Origin: Raja brachyura | Lineage: Eukaryota | DNA: 64,000 nucleotides | Assembly: GCA_963514005.1 (NCBI GenBank) | Contig: OY740790.1 | Location: 48,918,001-48,982,000 of the forward strand | Reading direction: 5' to 3' | Part shown: positions 1 to 7,368 of the stretch, in pieces | Numbering within the stretch: the first letter of the stretch is position 1 | How the letters are laid out: each line of letters begins with the position of its first letter | The notes under the pieces: generated by a model | What the model was told of the DNA's origin: nothing | Databases searched by the model: none | The model's input: only the letters and a program-made list of their open reading frames with translations | Made by a program: the position numbers and the translations under genes

Positions 1-613
1 GAATATAGGAGTAGTGAAGTCATGTTAAAATTGTACAAGGCATTGGTGAGACCAATTCTTGAGTATGGTGTACAATTTTTGTCACCTAATTATAGGAAGG
101 ATGTCAACAAAATAGAGAGAGTACAGAGGAGATTTACTAGAATGTTGCCTGGGTTCCAGCAACTAAGTTACAGAGAGAGGTTGAACAAGTTAGGTCTTTA
201 TTCTTTGGAGTGCAGAAGGTTAAGGGGGGGACTTGATTGAGGTCTTTAAAATGATGAAAGGGATAGACAGAGTTGACATGGATAAGCTTTTCCCATTGAG
301 GGTAGGGAAGATTCAAACAAGAGGGCATGACATGAGAATTAAGGGACAGAAGATTAGGGGTAACATGAGGGGGAACTTCTTTACTCAGAGAGTGGTGGCT
401 GTGTGGAATGATCTTCCAGCAGGAGTGGTGGAGGCAGGGTCGATTTTAACATTTAAAAGTAAAGTGGATAGGTATATGGACGGGAAAGGAATGGAAGGGT
501 ATGGTCTGAGTGCAGGTAGATGGGACTAGGGGAAAATAAATGGTCGGCACAGACTGGAAGGGCCGAGAAGGCCTGTTTCCGTGCTGTAATTGTTATATGG
601 TTATATGGTTATA
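1..613 (+). mobile_element. CR1-clade (HER1-like) LINE, 3' end; RT C-terminus frameshifted; runs off the window start
   Basis: ORFs 22-240 (LYKALVRPILEYGVQF..ERVQRRFTRM..RRLRG) and 233-529 (IEVFKMMKG..TRGH..FFTQRVV..WN.LP) are the CR1 ORF2 C-terminus, split by one extra G in a G-run near 224-230. A (TTATATGG)n tail follows at ~593-613. Confidence 0.93.
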
Positions 614-776
614 ATGCTGCTGGCAAGACCAGCATTAATTGCCCTTGACTGGAGCAGTTTGCTAAGCCAGTTTAGAGCACATTCAAGAGCCAATATTGGT
701 GGGTCTGGAACCATATATTGGCCACACTAGTTATGGTCAGTAGATTTCCTTCCAAAATGTACATTAGTGAATTAAA

Positions 777-917
777 GTAGACACTTTAGTCTGAAGAAGG
801 GTCTTGACCCGAAACGTCGCCTACACCTTTTCTCCATAGATGCTACCTCACCCGCTGAGGTTTTCCAGCATTTTTTGTCTACTTTCGATTTTTCCAGCAT
901 CTGCAGTTCCTTCTTAA
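777..917 (+). mobile_element. Penelope-derived short element (pseudo-LTR end) with hammerhead core and 16-bp TSD
   Basis: Perfect direct repeat ACATTAGTGAATTAAA at 761-776 and 918-933. Body matches the 3' end of the Penelope copy at 56252-56345. Confidence 0.88.
786..823 (+). ncRNA. Putative minimal type I hammerhead ribozyme motif
   Basis: CTGAAGA (791-797), extra A, stem II GGGT-cttg-ACCC, then GAAAC-GTC (811-818). Helix III is the loopless palindrome ACGT. Helix I is weak. Confidence 0.6.
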
Positions 918-1430
918 ACATTAGTGAATTAAATGTTTTTTTTCAACATGATTTCATGGTCACTATTTGGTTTGAAATTTAGATTTGTTTACTTCACGTT
1001 AAATTTGTCAGCTGCTGTACTGAGATTCAAACATACCTTTGTGCCAATGCTGCATGGCATTATTCCAATAAGTGAACTGTGGTACCATAGGCAATAAAGA
1101 ACTTTTACATCAGTTTGTATTTTAATTCTGAAAATTTTATTATTTTTCTGAATTTTAATTCTGAAAATTTTATTATTCCAAAATTTGAAACATGATTTTT
1201 AAAACCTTATCTTGATTTGCCTGGTACCCAATAAATAGTCAAGATGTATTAGTGATTACAAGCCTTTAAAAACTAACGTTTATTGCACATCTAATTAATT
1301 TGTATCTTACATCCTGAGTTCAATGATTAATTTATGCTGATTTTGGATTCTGGTATTTTCCTCTTTGCTGCCAAAGTAGAGACACAAAAGCCAGTTCAGT
1401 TTCTCTGTTATCAACAAAAGTTCGAACCAA

Positions 1431-1522
1431 AGATAGATATAAAATTCTGGAGTAATCCAGCGTGTCAGGCAGCATCTCTGGAGAAAAGATGATGTTTCGG
1501 GTTAGAACCTTTCCTCCGACTG
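1431..1522 (-). mobile_element. Penelope-derived short element, degenerate
   Basis: CTGGAGTAATCCAGCG..CAGGCAGCATCTCTGGAGA..GTTTCGGG is the reverse complement of the same family. Confidence 0.7.
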
Positions 1523-3897
1523 AAGAATAGAGATGGACTGGGATAACTGTTGTGATGCTTTGTTGGTTGAATATCCTGCTCACCATTACTGTCAAGGCTT
1601 GTGAACAGTGAACACGGGTGAGGTACCAATGGCTGTGCCATCATACATCCAGAAAATGTCAATATTTAAGGGGGGGGAGGAGAAAGGAAAAAGAGTGGTT
1701 AGGGAATAAAAATTCAACCAGCTCTCATATCAGCTTTAACAGATTTCATATTAGTTATAAATCTTTTAAAGCCATGCTTCATTCAACATTTTACAATCCT
1801 CTAAATAGTATATGAAGACAGAAAAATAGAGACTTTTAGGAGGGGAGGGAGTTATAAGATATTAAAACAGTCCCAATGTTCCGATGACATGAACCATGTA
1901 TGAATCACATTCTTTTTCCAAATGTCATCAGACCCCTGAAACTGCCGCAGCACCTTTAATTGCTTCTGAACCTATTAGTGTTTTAATACTAAATGTAAAG
2001 TTCTGATTTTGAATCAAGAACCTATTAAAGTTTTAATAACTCACTGATATTTTTGCCCTTTTTTAACATCAGTCTCATTATACATACTCATAGGTAAGTG
2101 ATTAATACAGTAATGGTACAATTTGACAAATACATTCCGAGGGTAATATTTTTCAGAGAAATACTCCAGCATTTATATTAAACAAATGTCACGGTACTTG
2201 TCTTTTTGTCAGGGAGAAAATCTAACCTCCATGGATATATTTTTTCTGCTCTCTTTTTGTAGTGGAAAAACATCTACCACATGTTTAATGTTCAAAGGGT
2301 GGGGGGGGGTGGGGTTCTGAAAACACCATCACTTTCTCTGACCCTTGTCCTCTATCCCATAAGCCCACACAGTTGAGCACCAAGTCTTTTAATCAATTTC
2401 AGCCGAGAATGATAAGTGTCTCTTATCTCCATTGTCATTGTAATAGCTTCCAACATTTTAAGATTGAAATACGAAGCCTGGCAAACCTCAGTTATCAGCA
2501 GATGGGACCACTGCACATCAAACGGCACTGGCAATAAAGTCAAGTATAAATTGCTCTGAGACTTAGGTCTCTAGCTGCATAGGCAGCCTGAAAATCCTAT
2601 CTCTTTCTTGCTTCTGATTTTCTCCACTGCTCATGCTGCTGACCTGGGGCTCATGGCTTCTGTAACTGCCCCTAATAACTTTGCTGTCCGTGTATTCTGG
2701 TTGTATTTACAAACCTGAGGACGTCCTGTATAATGCCTGGGGGATATATATATCCTTTCAGTATCTCTGCAAAGAGACACCCTTGCTGAAATCTGTCATC
2801 GGGTAGTTTTATTAATTTTTATTTCCTCCTGACTTTGACAGCTGCTCTGCTAACACCCTGGCAAGTGTGAATTGTGTCACCACAGCAGAGAGCTTAGGTT
2901 TTAAATGGTAAGAGCAGAGAAGGTGACAACACTGTCAACAGTGAGAGCCCTATAGCAGCTGAAAAGCAAACACGATTGAGGATAGGTGGAAGAAAGAAAA
3001 ATCTTATACACAAAGAATATGTAGACTGGGGACCTAGTCTCAAAAGAAGCACATGACTCATTCAATTAAAATAAAAGTATGCACATCATTTTACTCAGAG
3101 GAAGAATGCAGAAAGTACAGGATAGTTTCCGGGATATAAAGATTGAGTACATTATGTTTTATTCTTTATTTTGAACAAAAATGATGACAATCTCTGACAT
3201 TATTCTTAATTTTTTTTACAATAGGTTCATATTTCTGGAAGATGGTACTTTTCACTTTCTGTTCATCGTTTTTAATTAATATTTCTGTGAGGAAGACATT
3301 TACGTTTTAATATAGAGACATACTAGGCACATTAATCAGTCAGTAATTTAGTAGATGCTGAGAACAATGTAGTCTTTGGAAGTCGAGGTAATTTTGCAAC
3401 AGTCCCAGGGATTTGTTAGGGTTAGAGGCATAAAACACCTTTGACAGTGGCAAAGGCTTTATAAAATGTGCACATCACCCTTTGCTGAGCAACAGGAAGA
3501 GGTTTTGACTTGTGGTTTCCCCTTAACTTTGTTTCGGATGATTTGTGTTTGTGGACCATGGATTTTGTGTGCCTCAACGAATGGGTTCTGGAGGCCCTAA
3601 CATTTCATGAGCTTTAGGACAAGTCCATATATTATCCTCTCTAACAAGCTTGTGTCCCACACATCCATCAGTTATACTTTTGATACCTAAAGGGTTGTGC
3701 CCCTTCCTCCGTGGGATTGTGAATCACCATGTGGTTAAGCATTGTGTTTCGTGGCATTTTTGAACTTGTTGGAAAATCGATCTACTTAAGACACAGAATA
3801 GAACATATTTGAAGGGATATTGAATAAACATTTGAGGTAGAAGTGAAAAGTTAATAGAGAATTTGTAAGACTTTGGTTTTAGGTTGTTGTAAAAATT

Positions 3898-4006
3898 AAT
3901 AGTAAGATTAAACGAGAACTTACCAGTTTGAAGTTTGATCTTTATTTTATGAGGAGTTGCGATGAGGGATTTCGTGAAGAACCCGCCAGCACGCATGCGC
4001 GACATA
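3898..4006 (-). repeat. DIRS 3' (right) terminus: right ITR plus 3' extension
   Basis: 3898-3976 is the exact reverse complement of 4125-4203. 3971-4006 is the exact reverse complement of 9194-9229. Confidence 0.95.
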
Positions 4007-4124
4007 CTTCAAAGCCGCGGTGTGGAATCACAGAAAAACCAAGCCAAGAAATGACTTGTTATAGTAAGATTAAAGAGACTCTAGTTACCAGTTGACTTTA
4101 TGATCGAGGGTTGGGAGCGGAGGG

Positions 4125-4237
4125 CACGAAATCCCTCATCGCAACTCCTCATAAAATAAAGATCAAACTTCAAACTGGTAAGTTCTCGTTTAATCTTACT
4201 ATTTCATTTCGGAGTCACGTGAGTGACTTCGTGAAGA
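4125..4237 (-). repeat. DIRS internal complementary region (ICR)
   Basis: 4125-4203 is complementary to the right end (3898-3976) and 4198-4237 to the left end (9220-9259). The two parts overlap at ACTATT (4198-4203), the predicted circle junction. Confidence 0.95.
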
Positions 4238-4381
4238 CTTCAAAGCTTCTGTGATTTCACGCCCTGGACAACGTCCATGCTATCACACACGCTACTGAAA
4301 AGGTGGACAGCAGTAATCAATTTCCGTCACTGTTTCTCTGAAAAATAATAATATTTATTAATAACAACAAGAAAGGACCCC

Positions 4382-5371
4382 TCACTGAGGGGGAACTGTA
4401 TGTTCTCGGCCTGCATCCAGCACGGCTCCTGCGAACATTCCAGGTACGGTGACGGGTTTATTGTAAAACCGTTGAAAAGTGGCTTCACTGGCCCATCCCG
4501 CTGTGGCAAGTATCTGGTCCATGGGCACCTCCATGGCCTTTGCCGCCGATGTTGATGCTGCCCTGGTGGAATGGGATTTAAAAACATCAGTGTCAATACC
4601 TGCTTTGTTCAAGACGATCCTGAGCCATCGGGATATCGTCTGCACCGTCACTCTATGGTGAGGTTTTTTATGACTGATGAACAGGTATTGCTCCATTCCC
4701 CTTATTTTCCTCGTCACTTTGATATAGTGGCGGATATGGGTGGCTATGCATAGCCTAGCATCAGCGGGGTATGCTGGAAACTCCAGCTGCAGCCCTGTAA
4801 ATCCAGGTCTATGCTGCTTGAGCAATTCATCAATGAAGAAAGTGACCCGTTCAGGGGTAGAGATCATTCTGTCGATCTTGGCCTTGTGAAGCGTTTGCAC
4901 CCTTTGTGCTGAAGTAAGTGCCATCAACATCACCACCTTCAGGGTGAGTTTGTCCAATTCGAGCCCCGTCATGGGTGACCATGTTCTCAGCAGGGTCAGT
5001 ACTTTGCCAATATCCCATGTGACGTTGTAACGGGGCCTCGGCGGGTTGGAATTAAATATCCCCCGCATAAGTTTGGAGACCAATTTATTGGATCCTACCT
5101 CAATATTGAGGTAGGACGAGAGCGCACTCCTGGCGCTATTGATGGCACTATAGCTGAGATGTTGATCATGGTGTAGCCCCGCAAGAAATTCCAGCACATC
5201 TGTGATGGAGACGGAGTCATATGCAACGTCCATGCGGCCACAATAGGATTCCCATTTCCTGATGTACGATAAGTACTGCCGTCTTGAGGACTCCCTGCAT
5301 GATGCTCCCATGGTATCCATTGTCCTTGAAGATAGACCATACTGAAGTAGTGGCCTGTTCAGATCCTGCAA
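4382..5371 (-). CDS. DIRS ORF3 tyrosine recombinase (phage integrase family, N-terminal SAM-like core-binding region)
   Basis: 329 codons. Catalytic motifs SAQR, HSTR, AGW and RFYNK give an intact R-H-R-(W)-Y set. The ORF opens at TTG, and the first in-frame ATG lies after the conserved GLS segment. Confidence 0.95.
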   Translation of the reverse strand: MQDLNRPLLQYGLSSRTMDTMGASCRESSRRQYLSYIRKWESYCGRMDVAYDSVSITDVLEFLAGLHHDQHLSYSAINSARSALSSYLNIEVGSNKLVSKLMRGIFNSNPPRPRYNVTWDIGKVLTLLRTWSPMTGLELDKLTLKVVMLMALTSAQRVQTLHKAKIDRMISTPERVTFFIDELLKQHRPGFTGLQLEFPAYPADARLCIATHIRHYIKVTRKIRGMEQYLFISHKKPHHRVTVQTISRWLRIVLNKAGIDTDVFKSHSTRAASTSAAKAMEVPMDQILATAGWASEATFQRFYNKPVTVPGMFAGAVLDAGREHTVPPQ

Positions 5372-7368
5372 GCCAATAGATTCAAATGACTATGGCAGGG
5401 GTGTGGTTCCCCTGTGGCAGGGTTCGTCACCAATTGTGGGCAACCCTCCAAGAGGACCCATGGTTGACTTATCATTCCAAGGACCACCGGATACCATGAT
5501 TGCGTAGGCCAGTCGGGTATAATGAGGATGCCCTTGGCAGCATCGAGCTGGATTTTCCGCAATACCCGACTGATGAGGCAGAATGGAGGAAAGGCATAGA
5601 AGAACCATTTCCCCCAGTCTAGCGAGAATGCGTCCATCGCCATTGCCCCAGGATCTGGCTCCCATGATACGTATGTTGGTACCTGATGGTTCAACCGTGA
5701 CGCAAAAAGGTCAATATCCGGTTTACCAAATTTGGCTGTAATTTTGGTGAATATTTGGGGGTTCAACATCCACTCGATGTTGTCATTGAACTTCCGTGAC
5801 CTGGTGTCCGCCACTGTATTGAGCTCACCTGGCAAGTAGGTAGCTGAGATCCAAATATTCCGTTGAATACACCAGAGCCAAATTGTGTTTGCCAATTCAT
5901 TGCATGAAATTGACCTGGTACCGCCCATATGATTCAGATAAGCCACCGCAGTGGTATTGTCTATTTGGAGACGGACATGAGTGTTAGTCATGTTTGAACA
6001 ATAGGCTCTTAGTCCGTGGAATGCTCCTAGCATCTCCAAATAGTTTATCCCTTGTGCTAACAACAAAGTAGCTTCACGTGAATCCCATCTACCTCCACAA
6101 CTGTTATTGTTGTCCGTAGCTCCCCAGCCATGGGAGCTTGCATCTGTTTGCAAGTATACCATTGGACGAGGCACAATGATGGGTTTAAAAGAGTTATGGA
6201 TATTGCCAATCCACCATAGTAACTCAAGTTTTGCCTTAACCGGCAATTGCATGGGTCTATCATAATGTCCAGCATTTAGTTTTAATGCTGTTATTTTTGA
6301 CCTTTGTAAATTCTGATAGTGTAAAGGTCCATATTGAGCAGCTGGAAATACTGCTACAATTTTGCCAATTACCCTGGCAGTTAATCTGATAGACGGTATA
6401 CTGGCGCAGACCAGGTTCTTGCATGCTTGAAACACATCACCAATTTTGTTAGTTGGGATGGTGGTGATCATGCGATTGGAGTCTATTGTGAACCCCAAGT
6501 AGTCCATGATCTGTGCGGGGAGGAACTTTGATTTGTCTGGATGGATTATAAACCCCATTTGTTGAAAAATTTCCACTGTGGCTGAAACCGCCAACTCTGC
6601 GGATTCCAGAGTGTGCCCAATTATCAGAATGTCATCCAAATAGGCCATGACCGTATGATTTTGTCTCCGCAGTGTAGATAACACTGGCTTGAGTAGTTTG
6701 GTGAACAGTCTGGGGGCTGTAGTAAGCCCATTGGGCAATGCTTTGTATTGCCAAAGCTGATCCATCCAGGTAAACTTCAAGAACTTCCTATGATGTTTCC
6801 GAATGGATACTGAATAGTATGCATCTTTTAAATCAATGCATGCCATGAAGCAGCCCTCCGAAATCAAAGATTTGGCTGTTTCAAATGTGTCCATTTTGAA
6901 ATGGGTGTATTTTACAAAGGTATTCAAGTGAGTTAAATCTATAATGACCCGGCATCCACCGTCTTTTTTAGTTTTAGTAAATATATTAGACACAAATTCA
7001 ACTGGTTCATGTGTGGTTCGTTCTATCACACCTTTGTCTTGTAAACTCAAGATTTCAGCATAGCCTTCTGCCAATTCTTTTTTGGAAAGTGCAAATTTGC
7101 GATTCGGCATATGCTGGGGTGGAGGCAATTGGCCATGAATAAACTCAATTTCATAACCCTGAATACTTTGCAAGATAAACTCATCTGAAGTGATGGTTTC
7201 CCAAGCCTCCTTAAATCCCCGTAATCTGCCCCCAATTCGTGAGGTTAGACATGCAAGTGCATGGAACCCAGACCCCCTTACCTTCATGGTTATCGGCGGT
7301 CCCTGGGATTTTTGGTGGGACGTGGAGGCGCTGGGTTTCGTGGTTGGTGCGGAATCCGCATCTTCCAT
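5359..7368 (-). CDS. pol: DIRS ORF2: reverse transcriptase, RNase H and DNA N6-adenine methyltransferase-like domain
   Basis: 669 aa. RT motifs CRVIIDL, IDLKDAY, LPNGL, YLDD, YLG. RNase H motifs TDAS, INYLE, IDNTTA, NTVADTRSR. MT-like motifs DIDLFAS and YAFPPF. Confidence 0.96.
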   Translation of the reverse strand: MEDADSAPTTKPSASTSHQKSQGPPITMKVRGSGFHALACLTSRIGGRLRGFKEAWETITSDEFILQSIQGYEIEFIHGQLPPPQHMPNRKFALSKKELAEGYAEILSLQDKGVIERTTHEPVEFVSNIFTKTKKDGGCRVIIDLTHLNTFVKYTHFKMDTFETAKSLISEGCFMACIDLKDAYYSVSIRKHHRKFLKFTWMDQLWQYKALPNGLTTAPRLFTKLLKPVLSTLRRQNHTVMAYLDDILIIGHTLESAELAVSATVEIFQQMGFIIHPDKSKFLPAQIMDYLGFTIDSNRMITTIPTNKIGDVFQACKNLVCASIPSIRLTARVIGKIVAVFPAAQYGPLHYQNLQRSKITALKLNAGHYDRPMQLPVKAKLELLWWIGNIHNSFKPIIVPRPMVYLQTDASSHGWGATDNNNSCGGRWDSREATLLLAQGINYLEMLGAFHGLRAYCSNMTNTHVRLQIDNTTAVAYLNHMGGTRSISCNELANTIWLWCIQRNIWISATYLPGELNTVADTRSRKFNDNIEWMLNPQIFTKITAKFGKPDIDLFASRLNHQVPTYVSWEPDPGAMAMDAFSLDWGKWFFYAFPPFCLISRVLRKIQLDAAKGILIIPDWPTQSWYPVVLGMISQPWVLLEGCPQLVTNPATGEPHPCHSHLNLLACRI

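Larger units (their letters stand above)
614..1060 (-). mobile_element. Old elasmobranch SINE-like repeat, interrupted by the Penelope-derived insertion at 777-917
   Basis: Shares motifs (ACCAGCATT, AGATTTCCTTCC..ACATTAGTGAA, TTCATGGTCAC) with the copy at ~43985-44330. Family assigned from memory only. Confidence 0.45.

Noticed and set aside
22-529. Host protein-coding genes from the LINE-like ORFs (also 18141-18671, 30644-31069, 45260-45727, 56716-57216)
   Set aside because: They are truncated or frameshifted RT C-terminal fragments of CR1, Rex1/Babar or Penelope elements.
1118-1178. Tandem duplication TTTTAATTCTGAAAATTTTATTATT and homopolymer G/C runs (e.g. 28422-28441, 48523-48543)
   Set aside because: Ordinary slippage or low-complexity sequence.
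4382-7368. Prophage or bacterial contamination suggested by the integrase and Dam-like domains
   Set aside because: Both domains are standard parts of DIRS elements, and the element has precise junctions with vertebrate repeat-containing DNA.
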